Below are positions 39,323-48,354 of a stretch of DNA of 64,000 nucleotides, one piece after another. The notes beneath the pieces were generated by a model that did not search any database, had not been told where the DNA came from, and worked only from the letters and a program-made list of their open reading frames with translations. The translations under genes and the position numbers were made by a program. This DNA is from a virus. Location: positions 5,350 to 69,349 of the IMG/VR virus record IMGVR_UViG_3300045988_058615; one strand, written 5' to 3'. Position 1 is the first letter of the stretch, and the number at the start of each line of letters is the position of its first letter.

Positions 39323-39564
39323 CGAAAACTCCTTTTGTGGCTCTGAATTAGATTAATTATTAACAATTTTAAACTTTGATGTTATGAAAAAGGTAATTAA
39401 TGTTGTGAAGAAAGCTGCTAAGTGGTATTTTGAACAAAGTTCTAAGAGCTACATATGGTTAGTTTCTGGAACTATTCCACCTCCCTATAGAGGTCTTGAG
39501 TGAGAAATACTACTAAAAGGTAAGTACCAAAGGGGTACTTATCTACGCCTGTGGAGAAAATTAA

Positions 39565-39651
39565 TTGTATGGTTAGCCAAGTGGCCGACGGCAGCGGGCT
39601 GTTAACCCGTCGTGAGAAATCCCATCGCAGGTTCGAATCCTGCACCATACG
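39565..39651 (+). tRNA. tRNA-like with GTT anticodon (Asn?) and an unusually long 16-nt variable region
   Basis: GTATGGT/ACCATAC acceptor, GCAGG-TTCGAAT-CCTGC T arm, GCGGG-CTGTTAA-CCCGT anticodon arm, and an unpaired 16-nt stretch CGTGAGAAATCCCATC. Confidence 0.4.
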
Positions 39652-40311
39652 CCTTTTTGCTGAACCCTCCTTGTAATATTAATCCAGCAAATTCCAAGTC
39701 GATGTGAGGAAGAGAGTAACTTGGACGGTAGCTAGCACTGTAGTACGCAATAGTGGGATAGAAACGGCTAGCACCCACTAACTTTTAAATACTAGATTAT
39801 GCATCAGTGTGATTATTGTTGTTGGTATTACAATGGAAATTGCGATTGTCCATATGTAATGAAGAAACAAGCGTGTGAAAACGCTTTGAAAACTAAAGAG
39901 AGAAATGAAAGACCTATTAGAAAAGTACAAAATGTTTCAGACTCCGAAACTAGCTAATGAGACTTCATGGAAAGACATGAAGGAATTTAACTCTTATATG
40001 AAAGAAGTAGTTCGTGATTATAAGATTAAACAGGCTAAATCAATTCAGAGTGCTAGAAACGTAATAATATCCTGACCTGGCAAGGTAAAAATCCATTCGG
40101 GGTTTAAGTTGAAGCCAGTCCCTGCGGAATCATAAAGACCTTTTCTGACACGAGAACCGATAGTCGATGAACTGAGAGAGTAGTATGGTTGCGGACTTAT
40201 GCTACTAGAACATGATTCAAACAAAAAACTTATCTGGTGTTGTTAAGTTGTGGAATCTTAACAGTGGAAATTTATGGGTATGTCACCAATTAAAAAGAAA
40301 ATCCCAAAAAT

Positions 40312-40384
40312 GGGCCGTTAGCTCAAATGGCTAGAGCGCTGGTTTTGCACACCGGAAGATAGGGTTCGAGTCCCTGCGTGTCCA
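40312..40384 (+). tRNA. tRNA-Ala(TGC)-like with poorly paired acceptor stem (possible pseudogene)
   Basis: GCTC-AAATGGCTA-GAGC-G-CTGGT-TTTGCAC-ACCGG...TAGGG-TTCGAGT-CCCTG. Acceptor GGGCCGT vs CGTGTCC pairs only 4 of 7. Confidence 0.35.
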
Positions 40385-40404
40385 CAAACTTTATTTAAAA
40401 AATT

Positions 40405-40590
40405 ATGAAAGTATATGTAGTTGTAGTAAATCATCACCCAGCTAACGCTCCTCAAAATTATGAAACTGATTGTCAAATCTTCTTAGACAAGAAACAGGCA
40501 GAGAAGTATAAAGAGGCTAAGGAAAAAGAGTTTCCTATTAGATGGGGAGGAGAGTATAATCATTGTAAACTAATTAAAAAGCATTTGTAA
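40405..40590 (+). CDS. Small protein, 61 aa
   Basis: ORF. Confidence 0.35.
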   Translation: MKVYVVVVNHHPANAPQNYETDCQIFLDKKQAEKYKEAKEKEFPIRWGGEYNHCKLIKKHL

Positions 40591-40593
40591 TAT

Positions 40594-40666
40594 CGCGGGA
40601 TGATAGCAGAGGTAGCTAGTCAGGCTCATAACCTGAAGGTCGTCGGTTCGAATCCGACTCCCGCTA
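40594..40666 (+). tRNA. tRNA-Met / Ile2(CAT)
   Basis: CGCGGGA...TCAGG-CTCATAA-CCTGA-AGGTC-GTCGG-TTCGAAT-CCGAC-TCCCGCT-A. Confidence 0.65.
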
Positions 40667-40697
40667 CTAAGTTATTTTTAACAATTAAAATTAGATT

Positions 40698-41123
40698 ATG
40701 AATTTCAAGAATCTTACAAAGGAATCTCTTCCGAAAGAATTTCAGGAGAGAATTGAACGTTTCAATCGTTTGTTCGTTGAAGCTGGTGATGGTACATTTG
40801 AAGAAAATGACCTATTCGATTATGAAATGGCTTGTATAAAGCAAGCCCTATCATTCTCTGAGTTTTTCAAAGAAATGAGTCTGGAGGAATGTAAAGCCTT
40901 CTATGAGAAATATCCTAGCTTATTTGAGCTGATTGAGGCCATTAAAGATAAACTTCCATACTTTGATAACGGTCATAGTGGAAACTCCATGAGCATGAGT
41001 TGGATGCTATACAGATGTTATAAGGAGAAACCTGAGCTTGTTCCTTATATGCACGGTTGTTTGGCTCAACTTGTTGGGGACGAAGGCTATCATGACAACC
41101 GTTCTGATGTTCCAAAACTATGA
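40698..41123 (+). CDS. Hypothetical protein, 141 aa
   Basis: ORF, followed by the hairpin CCCGTC-TAATT-GACGGG at 41132-41148. Confidence 0.45.
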   Translation: MNFKNLTKESLPKEFQERIERFNRLFVEAGDGTFEENDLFDYEMACIKQALSFSEFFKEMSLEECKAFYEKYPSLFELIEAIKDKLPYFDNGHSGNSMSMSWMLYRCYKEKPELVPYMHGCLAQLVGDEGYHDNRSDVPKL

Positions 41124-41154
41124 GTGTAAACTCCCGTCTAATTGACGGGAATAT

Positions 41155-41701
41155 GGGCCTACTTGGATTTGACAGGCGATTACAAATTATAAGGACGTGT
41201 AGAGCGCAATCTCTTTAAACGACGAAAACAAATAACTGCAGAAATTGCACCTGTAAGAATGGCAGCCTAAGCTGCTGGCTTATTAATAGACACTATTAAT
41301 CAAGTCGGGTTACTGGAGAGACCTAGAAACAGAAGAGGTTAGGTGTATCGCTAATGGCGTGCGGACGATAATCCGTGGTATATCTTTAATCAGAACACTC
41401 TAAGAGTTAGTAAGACTGAATCTCCATTGTCTTTAAACAGAAGGGATGCGTGGTTGACTCACCACAAACACTCGTTTTCCTACTTTAGCGTTAAAAAGTA
41501 GGTGGTGGAAGAATGACTTCGGTCAGCCCCTAGTTTGGTGGTTTGTAAACTAGTTTCTGGAACTCCGATAGTGTAGTTTAGAGTAAGTCTAGTAAAACTA
41601 TCTAAATGCTAGAACTCACTAGCTGATGTAATAAAAATGAGACGCACGTTATCCTTGTAATAAGGGTTGTTTGGACACGGGTTCGACTCCCGTTAGGTCC
41701 A
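41155..41701 (+). ncRNA. ssrA: tmRNA-like (ssrA) gene, about 547 nt
   Basis: The 5' end GGGCCTACTTGGATTTGACAGGCGATT matches the E. coli pattern GGGGCTGATTCTGGATTCGACGGGATT. The 3' end GGAC-ACGGG-TTCGACT-CCCGT-TAGGTCC-A matches GGAC-GCGGG-TTCAACT-CCCGC-CAGCTCC-A. The acceptor GGGCCTA/TAGGTCC carries G3·U70. Internally, TAGAGC-GCA-ATC...AAACGACGAAAAC matches the E. coli TAGTC-GCA-AACGACGAAAAC resume region. Confidence 0.75.
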
Positions 41702-41789
41702 CACTCTTTGTAGCAATTCCTGGCACGGGAAGTGTCCTGATATAAAGACGCTTGTAAATGTGCACTTGCATGGTGATACAAAGAGAAAT

Positions 41790-41863
41790 AGGGCTATAGC
41801 TCAACTGGTTAGAGCACCACACTGATAATGTGGAGGTTATCAGTTCAAGTCTGATTAGCCCTA
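41790..41863 (+). tRNA. tRNA-Ile(GAT), second copy
   Basis: AGGGCTA-TA-GCTC-AACTGGTTA-GAGC-A-CCACA-CTGATAA-TGTGG-AGGTT-ATCAG-TTCAAGT-CTGAT-TAGCCCT-A. Confidence 0.8.
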
Positions 41864-42031
41864 CTTAAATGACATATTATGAGTTACAGAAAGAAGTGGT
41901 TTAAAAAGTTAGAAGGAAAATATCTATGAGACTTGCCATGAGTAGAGAAATATGGTACTGGGATTAAATATCGAGGCTGTGGTGTAATGGCTTGCATATC
42001 ACACTGTCATTAAAATTAATTAAACTTATCT

Positions 42032-42583
42032 GTGAATAGAGAACAATCTCTTAAATTGTATTATGAGAATCCTAACCACTGTAAGGAATGTGGTAAGGTA
42101 ATCGAAGTACTAGATAATCAGAGGGTCGCAGATGTAAGGAAGAAACAATTTTGTAGTCATTCGTGTGCTGCTTCCTATAATAACAAAGGTAGAACAAAAC
42201 ACGATGAAAACAAGATATGTCCTAGATGTGGTAAACCTAAGCACAAAGATTCAGAAATGTGTCGTAGTTGCTGGGAAGAACTTAATGGGATTGGCAACAA
42301 AACATTAGGTTATTATACATCTGGTCAGAAGTACTTATCATCTAAATGTCAAGAAATAAGGACTAATGCTCGTAAAGTATTAGAAAGTTCCGAACGTGAG
42401 AAAGTATGTCAATATTGTCATAATCACGAATTTGATGCAATACTTGAAGTACACCATCTTAAAGGAATACTAGAGTTTGACGAAGACACTCTTATTAAAG
42501 AGATTAACAATGAGAATAATTTAGTATGGTTATGTCCTAATCACCATATTATGTTAGAGAAAGGTTTAATTAGTCTGGAGTAA
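42032..42583 (+). CDS. HNH homing endonuclease with N-terminal zinc fingers, 183 aa
   Basis: ...EVHHLKG...NLVWLCPNHH (HNH motif) and several CxxC pairs. Confidence 0.7.
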   Translation: MNREQSLKLYYENPNHCKECGKVIEVLDNQRVADVRKKQFCSHSCAASYNNKGRTKHDENKICPRCGKPKHKDSEMCRSCWEELNGIGNKTLGYYTSGQKYLSSKCQEIRTNARKVLESSEREKVCQYCHNHEFDAILEVHHLKGILEFDEDTLIKEINNENNLVWLCPNHHIMLEKGLISLE

Positions 42584-42594
42584 TCCAGTTACAC

Positions 42595-42666
42595 CGAGGG
42601 TTAGTTCAGTGGTAGAATAGCACACTGTCTATGCGAAGGTCACCAGTTCGAATCTGGTACTCTCGG
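42595..42666 (+). tRNA. tRNA-Asp(GTC) with a weak anticodon stem
   Basis: CGAGGGT-TA-GTTC-AGTGGTA-GAAT-A-GCACA-CTGTCTA-TGCGA-AGGTC-ACCAG-TTCGAAT-CTGGT-ACTCTCG-G. Only 3 of 5 anticodon-stem pairs form. Confidence 0.55.
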
Positions 42667-42705
42667 CACTGTGAAGGTTGGGGTTCGAATCCCCCAGTCT
42701 CGGCA
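42667..42705 (+). repeat. Direct duplicate of a tRNA 3' half (variable region, T arm and acceptor 3' strand) immediately after tRNA-Asp
   Basis: GTGAAGGT-TGGGG-TTCGAAT-CCCCCA-GTCTCGG-CA parallels GCGAAGGT-CACCAG-TTCGAAT-CTGGT-ACTCTCG-GCA. The 3' strand GTCTCGG can also pair with the tRNA-Asp 5' strand CCGAGG. Confidence 0.5.
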
Positions 42706-42846
42706 AGGCTTCTGGATGGATAAGGATGCGGTCCCCGACAGTAAGCACAAGGTTAATGGTTCCCGAAGTAAAACCTAGAAACTTTTACTAATGAGTATAT
42801 TCCCGCAGAGGTTAGAATTAGTAAATAGTGGAAATCTCCACTATAT

Positions 42847-42919
42847 TCCCCTGTAGTTTAGTTGGTCAGAACACTAGATTTGTAATCTTGTGACCTCGGT
42901 TCGAATCCGAGTGGGGGAT
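42847..42919 (+). tRNA. tRNA-Thr(TGT)
   Basis: TCCCCTG-TA-GTTT-AGTTGGTCA-GAAC-A-CTAGA-TTTGTAA-TCTTG-TGAC-CTCGG-TTCGAAT-CCGAG-TGGGGGA. Confidence 0.7.
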
Positions 42920-42947
42920 CTTTGATAATTTAATAGATTAATTATTT

Positions 42948-43619
42948 ATGACTAGATTAGAAAAGTATTTAATAGCAACAGCTTCTGAAATTATAGAAGC
43001 AGAAACTACAGTTTCTCGTTATTTTGTTATAGGTAACGTAAAGATAAGGGTTTCAGATCACTGGGGAAAGAACAGTGATGCAGATTTGCACGTTCTTGTT
43101 CCTTATAATGGAGGAACTAAGTATATCGTAACTATCAAGGATAGTCCAGGAAAATTCCTTATCTGGAACGCTAATCAAATTAAAGAGTTCATTCCGTCAT
43201 TGCAGATAATGAAAGGACTTAAAGAGGCCATAACCACCTCTCCAAAGCCGAAAGATTCTGCTGTACAAAAAATTCAATTAGCTCTGAATAACACATCAAC
43301 TGATGGAAGCTCTTTGGAGTTTGACGGAACTATTATCGAATCCAGATTGAAGGAAAAGCAACTTACCTCTAAACAAAGAGAAGTTCTAAGAAGACCTAAA
43401 TCAACCTGGGATATTTCTCAGATTGGAACATTACCTAGTATGGTTAAGGTAGATTTAGGATTAAGTAATGGTTCAATAAACGAAGATGTACAAATTTTCC
43501 TGACTTGTACTTCTTTGACTTATGCCGAGTTTTTGAACATTTATAAGATAATAGTGGTAGATAATCATAAAACTCCTACCATTAAGTTATTGCAAGAGGC
43601 TCATAGTCTAATTGCATAG
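42948..43619 (+). CDS. Hypothetical protein, 223 aa
   Basis: ORF. Confidence 0.5.
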   Translation: MTRLEKYLIATASEIIEAETTVSRYFVIGNVKIRVSDHWGKNSDADLHVLVPYNGGTKYIVTIKDSPGKFLIWNANQIKEFIPSLQIMKGLKEAITTSPKPKDSAVQKIQLALNNTSTDGSSLEFDGTIIESRLKEKQLTSKQREVLRRPKSTWDISQIGTLPSMVKVDLGLSNGSINEDVQIFLTCTSLTYAEFLNIYKIIVVDNHKTPTIKLLQEAHSLIA

Positions 43620-43626
43620 CTATGAT

Positions 43627-43698
43627 AGCGCCATCATCTAAGGGTTAGGATACAAGATTTTCATTCTTGGCATACGGGTTCGAATCCCGTTGGCGTTA
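43627..43698 (+). tRNA. tRNA-Glu(TTC)
   Basis: AGCGCCA...CAAGA-TTTTCAT-TCTTG-GCAT-ACGGG-TTCGAAT-CCCGT-TGGCGTT-A. Confidence 0.7.
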
Positions 43699-43758
43699 CT
43701 ATGTACCCCAGCAGCGAAAGTTGTTGGGGTATTTTTTGTTTAATTTAATCCGTGTTTA

Positions 43759-44076
43759 ATGAGAAAGACATTTGAATTTGTAAAAGTAGGAGGAGTCTGG
43801 TTTTATTGGTGGCCGGATTTTGATGGAGACCCTGGAGAGCTAGCTATGGTTGGTGGGGCTGATGATCTTCTTGATTCTCTTGATAACAAATTTGTTAGAT
43901 TACAGACGGTTGACCCTTCTGTAGCCAAGATTATTTTGTCTAAGATTGAAGAAGATGAGAGCGGAGCTACTTACCTATGTAAAAGTAAGGACTATAATGA
44001 TAGAGTTTGGATTTGTCCAGTGACTCTATTAGTATTCAACGAATATCCTCAAAACATTTATTTGACTAAATTATAA
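43759..44076 (+). CDS. Hypothetical protein, 105 aa
   Basis: ORF. Confidence 0.45.
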   Translation: MRKTFEFVKVGGVWFYWWPDFDGDPGELAMVGGADDLLDSLDNKFVRLQTVDPSVAKIILSKIEEDESGATYLCKSKDYNDRVWICPVTLLVFNEYPQNIYLTKL

Positions 44077-44528
44077 TGAAAACATTAGATGAAATCGTAA
44101 ACAATTACAAAGAATGGTCTGTAGTTCTTGACGACAGATTCGGAGCTAGATTAGCTCAATTTCTAACGCAAGAACAGTTAGAGAAAATAGGCTTTGAGTG
44201 GAATAGTGATGAACCGTATCCAAAGCCTAAGGAATGGACCAGAGAGAACATCCTTTCTCAATTAGAAAGAGATGTGGAGTTTGGTTTTGAAAAAGCTCTT
44301 GATAAAAGAGGAATTTCTGCCGGTCTCATGTTCGAAGTGGTTCGCAGATGGAACAAGGTTCTTGAAGAAGGTTTGGAGAATTTTCCAGAGGATAACTATG
44401 CTATGTATGGATTACCATTATTCAAGGCTACTGCTGAGAAGTATGGTTGGGAGAATCCTATTGGAGATGATAGTGGAAGCGAGGACTATTACAACGAAGA
44501 GTATGATGAAGGATTGTACTGCGATTAA
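44076..44528 (+). CDS. Hypothetical acidic protein, 150 aa
   Basis: ORF. Confidence 0.5.
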   Translation: MKTLDEIVNNYKEWSVVLDDRFGARLAQFLTQEQLEKIGFEWNSDEPYPKPKEWTRENILSQLERDVEFGFEKALDKRGISAGLMFEVVRRWNKVLEEGLENFPEDNYAMYGLPLFKATAEKYGWENPIGDDSGSEDYYNEEYDEGLYCD

Positions 44529-44694
44529 AGTCATTACTGAAGCTCTGGAGGAATACGAAAATAATTTCAACCATAAGATAAGTATCTTAGAAAGCAAAAT
44601 TATTCTTTATGAAAAGGAGAGAAAAGCTATTATAAGACATCTTAAGGAAGGGAATATAGAATTATTAAAGAGTTATTTTGGAATTGAAAAATGA
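44503..44694 (+). CDS. Small protein, about 63 aa
   Basis: MMKDCTAIKVITEALEEYENNFNHKISILESKIILYEKERKAIIRHLKEGNIELLKSYFGIEK. This is the in-frame tail of ORF 44272..44694 that extends past the 44076..44528 gene. Confidence 0.35.
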   Translation: MMKDCTAIKVITEALEEYENNFNHKISILESKIILYEKERKAIIRHLKEGNIELLKSYFGIEK

Positions 44695-44858
44695 AGGAAT
44701 ACTACCTGATTAAGTGTAGGAATAATATCCCATTCATTATAGGTCAGTATGATACTGAAGAAGATGCTAGGAAAGCGAAAAATCGTGAAAATCCTAATTC
44801 CGAGCTTATGATAGTAGTTAACATAGAAAAGGATAAGCCTGGGAAAACATCATGATTA
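44691..44858 (+). CDS. Small protein, 55 aa
   Basis: MKEYYLIKCRNNIPFIIGQYDTEEDARKAKNRENPNSELMIVVNIEKDKPGKTS. Confidence 0.3.
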
Positions 44859-44959
44859 CTAAGATTTCATATGATAGGGATTTATTAGGAAATAAGGTAC
44901 GAATACTTCTTACTGGGACAGGCATGTCACGATGCTAGATTTATTAATTTTATTGAGAT

Positions 44960-45457
44960 ATGAAAAAGAAGGTTTTAGTTATTTTAATGATTAGTATCGT
45001 ATTTGGTTTTGCAACTGGCTATTCCTTGCATCACTGGATACATTCTTCTAGGTTTCCAGAGGAGAAAATTATGCTTATGCCCGAACATCCGTTCTACTTG
45101 ATGGAGGAGGTAAATGAGGAAGTGTTATACAACACTCTTAAGCATTATGACTTCCCAAGTCCAGCTATTATAACAGCTCAGGCTGTTCTGGAATCTGGTA
45201 ACTTTAAATCAAAACTTTGTAAGGACAACAATAATCTGTTCGGATTATATAATTCCAGAACTATGTCCTACTTCAAGTTTGATAGTTGGATAAGCTGTGT
45301 ATTTGCTTATAAGCAATTTATTCTAAGTAGGTACGATCCAGAAGAGGATTATTACAGATTCTTAGATAGGATTGGGTATGCTGAGGATTCTCTATATGAG
45401 AGTAAGGTTAAAAAATTGGAGTTAGATATTATTAACAAGTATGGAAGCTCAGATTGA
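44960..45457 (+). CDS. Membrane-anchored N-acetylglucosaminidase-domain peptidoglycan hydrolase, 165 aa
   Basis: N-terminal transmembrane helix plus AQAVLESGNFKS...NNLFGLY, the glucosaminidase (FlgJ-type) signature. Confidence 0.6.
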   Translation: MKKKVLVILMISIVFGFATGYSLHHWIHSSRFPEEKIMLMPEHPFYLMEEVNEEVLYNTLKHYDFPSPAIITAQAVLESGNFKSKLCKDNNNLFGLYNSRTMSYFKFDSWISCVFAYKQFILSRYDPEEDYYRFLDRIGYAEDSLYESKVKKLELDIINKYGSSD

Positions 45458-45662
45458 AAAAGCTATTAAGCTTAGAAAACAGGCTAACTTCAAGATTTTA
45501 ACTAGACTAGCTCAAATCATAGAATGTAGTCCACATTTGCGATTCCAGCAAATATTATCTAATTACAAAGTCTGTGAATTAGGTAAGGATAAGTTCTATG
45601 AAGAGAGTATAGAAACTCTTAGGAATTTAGAGGGAGAAATGAACAAAAAGTTGAACACTTAA
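45441..45662 (+). CDS. Small protein, 73 aa
   Basis: ORF. Confidence 0.35.
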   Translation: MEAQIEKAIKLRKQANFKILTRLAQIIECSPHLRFQQILSNYKVCELGKDKFYEESIETLRNLEGEMNKKLNT

Positions 45663-45672
45663 TAGATTTAAA

Positions 45673-47688
45673 ATGGAATTTAAGAATTTTAAGAAAGATG
45701 TAGAAGCTGCTTTCAATAATATGATTGCAGAAAACCTGTTTGTTGCTAATGTTGATAAAGACCTCCTTTGGATGGGCTACCTTCTGTCGTTTGAAGATGA
45801 AACTATTAGACAAGACCATAACTGCAATGCCTGTAAATCTTTTATCCGGCATTATGGTAAAGTTGTAGCGATTGACCCTCAAACGTATGAGATTAAAACA
45901 TTCTGGGATGATGTGCATACTCCTGGATATGAGAAAACGGCACAGGCTCTAGCTAAATTAGTTAAGGAAGCTGGAATAGGAGACATCTTTATTCAAGATG
46001 TGAACGAATTTCATGGTTGTGACCATAATGTTCAACTACTTCCTGATGGAACAACTAGAACTTGGACGCATCTGTATGTAACTATTCCGAATAACTTCAA
46101 GTTCAACAAACGAGTTCATGGTTTTGACTCTGCTGCTGGTTACAGAGGAGACGTTAGAGCAAGAGCTGGGGTATTTGAACGCTCTATTAGCGAGCTTAAG
46201 CTGGAGGCAGTTGAAACTGTTATTGAGCTTATAGAGGGAAACAATCTCTATAGAGGTGCGGAGTTCTTGAAGAGTTTGGAGGAATTTAGAAGAACATTGG
46301 TTGCTGCTCAAACTCTGAGTCCAGAAGTAAGAACTAACTATTGCTGGTTAAACTTTAAGTCTCCTATAGCTAAGATTAGAAATACAGCTATGGGAACCTT
46401 ACTTATTGACCTAAGTAATGGTATAGATTTGGAGAAAGCGGTAAAAGCATACGAGAACATCATGGCTCCTGCCAACTATAAGAGACCTACTGCTATCATT
46501 ACTAAGAAGCAAATTGAAGCTGCTCAGAAGAAAGTAGAAGAGCTAGGTCTTACTGATGCGCTTCCTCGTCGTCACGCTCACGTAGAAGATATTTCTGTGA
46601 ATGATGTTCTATTCGTAAATAGAGACACTAGAGCAAAGATGAAGGGAGGAATGTTTGATATGCTCTCCGAAACTTCTACAGTAAATCCGAAAGAGTTTAC
46701 CAAAGCCCAAGAGGTTTCTGCTGACGCCTTTGTCAAGAACATACTTCCAGGAGCTAAGGAGGTTTCTATCTTGGTAGAGAACAGACATATTCCCAACTTT
46801 GTTACTCTGACTGCTCCTGAAAATCCGGATGCTGGGCAGTTGTTTAAGTGGAATAACAACTTTGCTTGGGTTTATAATGGTTCTGTAGCTGATTCTTTTA
46901 AAGAGAAGGTAAAGGCAGCTGGTGGTAATGTTGATGGGTTCATGAGATGCTCCCTTCACTGGTTTAACTATGATGATCTTGACCTTCATGTAACTGAGCC
47001 TGGTGGAAGAGAAATCTATTTTGGAGTCAAAACTGGAGCTACTGGAGGAACTCTTGATGTTGATATGAACGCAGGTTCTGGAAAAACTAGAGATGCTGTT
47101 GAGAATATTATCTGGACGAATCCTAGTAGACTCAGACCTGGAGATTATGTAGTAAGAGTGCATAACTTTTGTAAGAGAGAGAATATAGACTTTGGCTTTG
47201 AGATGGAAATCGAAATTAATGGAGAGCTTCACAAGTTCAATTATGAAAATCGAGTTCCAGATCGGGAATTTATTGAAGTTGCCCGTATCAGCGTAGATAG
47301 ACAAGGAAATATCTCTCTAGTTCCTACTATTAAAGAAGGTTCTACATCTTTCAAATCCACAAACGAGTGGGGAATTGATACGATGAAATTTCAGAAGGTT
47401 TCTTGCATTATGTTCTCTCCTAACCACTGGGAAGGTAACGCAATAGGAAACAAACATCTGTTCTTTATGATAGACGGATGTAAGAATCCAGACCCTGTTA
47501 GAGGTTTCTTTAATGAATATTTGAGAGCTGACCTCGAAAAAGAGCACAAAAGAGTGTTTGAAGCACTAGGTTCTAGAGCGAAAGCTGAGTACAGTGACGA
47601 CCAATTAAGTGGATTGGGATTTTCTAGCACATCACATAATGATGTTGTTGTAAAAGTTGATAATAAATCATTTAAAATCGTTTTCTAA
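45673..47688 (+). CDS. Large hypothetical protein, 671 aa
   Basis: Intact ORF; no family recognised by eye. Confidence 0.55.
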   Translation: MEFKNFKKDVEAAFNNMIAENLFVANVDKDLLWMGYLLSFEDETIRQDHNCNACKSFIRHYGKVVAIDPQTYEIKTFWDDVHTPGYEKTAQALAKLVKEAGIGDIFIQDVNEFHGCDHNVQLLPDGTTRTWTHLYVTIPNNFKFNKRVHGFDSAAGYRGDVRARAGVFERSISELKLEAVETVIELIEGNNLYRGAEFLKSLEEFRRTLVAAQTLSPEVRTNYCWLNFKSPIAKIRNTAMGTLLIDLSNGIDLEKAVKAYENIMAPANYKRPTAIITKKQIEAAQKKVEELGLTDALPRRHAHVEDISVNDVLFVNRDTRAKMKGGMFDMLSETSTVNPKEFTKAQEVSADAFVKNILPGAKEVSILVENRHIPNFVTLTAPENPDAGQLFKWNNNFAWVYNGSVADSFKEKVKAAGGNVDGFMRCSLHWFNYDDLDLHVTEPGGREIYFGVKTGATGGTLDVDMNAGSGKTRDAVENIIWTNPSRLRPGDYVVRVHNFCKRENIDFGFEMEIEINGELHKFNYENRVPDREFIEVARISVDRQGNISLVPTIKEGSTSFKSTNEWGIDTMKFQKVSCIMFSPNHWEGNAIGNKHLFFMIDGCKNPDPVRGFFNEYLRADLEKEHKRVFEALGSRAKAEYSDDQLSGLGFSSTSHNDVVVKVDNKSFKIVF

Positions 47689-47690
47689 TT

Positions 47691-48065
47691 ATGTTTAAAC
47701 AAGCATCAAAAATGAAGTTGCGCTTTGCAACTAGCAAAGGTAATCTGAGTGTAGAAGATTTGTGGGACTTGAGCCTGCCAGTATTGGATAAATTAGCTGT
47801 TTCTTATGATGAGGAACTAGCTAAAAGTCCGAGAAAATCCTTTATAACTAATGATGCTCCCAGCAATACTGAACTTGAGTTAAAGTTCAATATTGTGAAG
47901 GAGATTATAACCGATAAGCTGAAGGAGAAAGCTGACAGAGAAGCGGCTAAGAATAAGGCTGTTGAGAAGGCCCGCCTAACGGAACTGTTAGCTAAGAAAC
48001 AATCTGAGAAATTGGAAAGCTTATCTGAAGATGAAATCAAACGGAGACTCGCCGAACTTGGGTAA
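47691..48065 (+). CDS. Hypothetical K/E-rich protein, 124 aa
   Basis: ORF immediately after the 671-aa gene. Confidence 0.45.
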   Translation: MFKQASKMKLRFATSKGNLSVEDLWDLSLPVLDKLAVSYDEELAKSPRKSFITNDAPSNTELELKFNIVKEIITDKLKEKADREAAKNKAVEKARLTELLAKKQSEKLESLSEDEIKRRLAELG

Positions 48066-48342
48066 GTGTGTAGTATTAAAGACTGTTAGTCCGCAAATCT
48101 TAGATAAACTGAGAGAAAGTGGATTAACAGTTTGTATTTGTTGTGAGTTTGAAGGGACAGCCTGGTTAGTATTTAGACCTGGCTTATCCTTTGATGTTCA
48201 TGGAGAGGGTTACGATTTTGAAGAGCTTGGGTTAATTGGTACAGAAGCTAATCTAAAATACTTTGAAGAAGTTACCCCTAACTATATTGATTGTGGAACT
48301 GATGTTGATAAGTTTATTAACACCTGTCTACAGTTTAAGTAA
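48031..48342 (+). CDS. Hypothetical protein, 103 aa (start uncertain)
   Basis: ORF overlapping the previous gene end. Confidence 0.3.
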   Translation: MKSNGDSPNLGKCVVLKTVSPQILDKLRESGLTVCICCEFEGTAWLVFRPGLSFDVHGEGYDFEELGLIGTEANLKYFEEVTPNYIDCGTDVDKFINTCLQFK

Positions 48343-48354
48343 GTTAACAGTTTT

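Noticed and set aside
41960-42005. tRNA-like 5' fragment GAGGCTGTGGTGTAATGGCTTGCATATCACACTG upstream of the HNH gene
   Set aside because: There is a D-arm-like start only, with no anticodon or T arm. It is possibly the stub of a tRNA disrupted by the HNH insertion, and is too weak to call.
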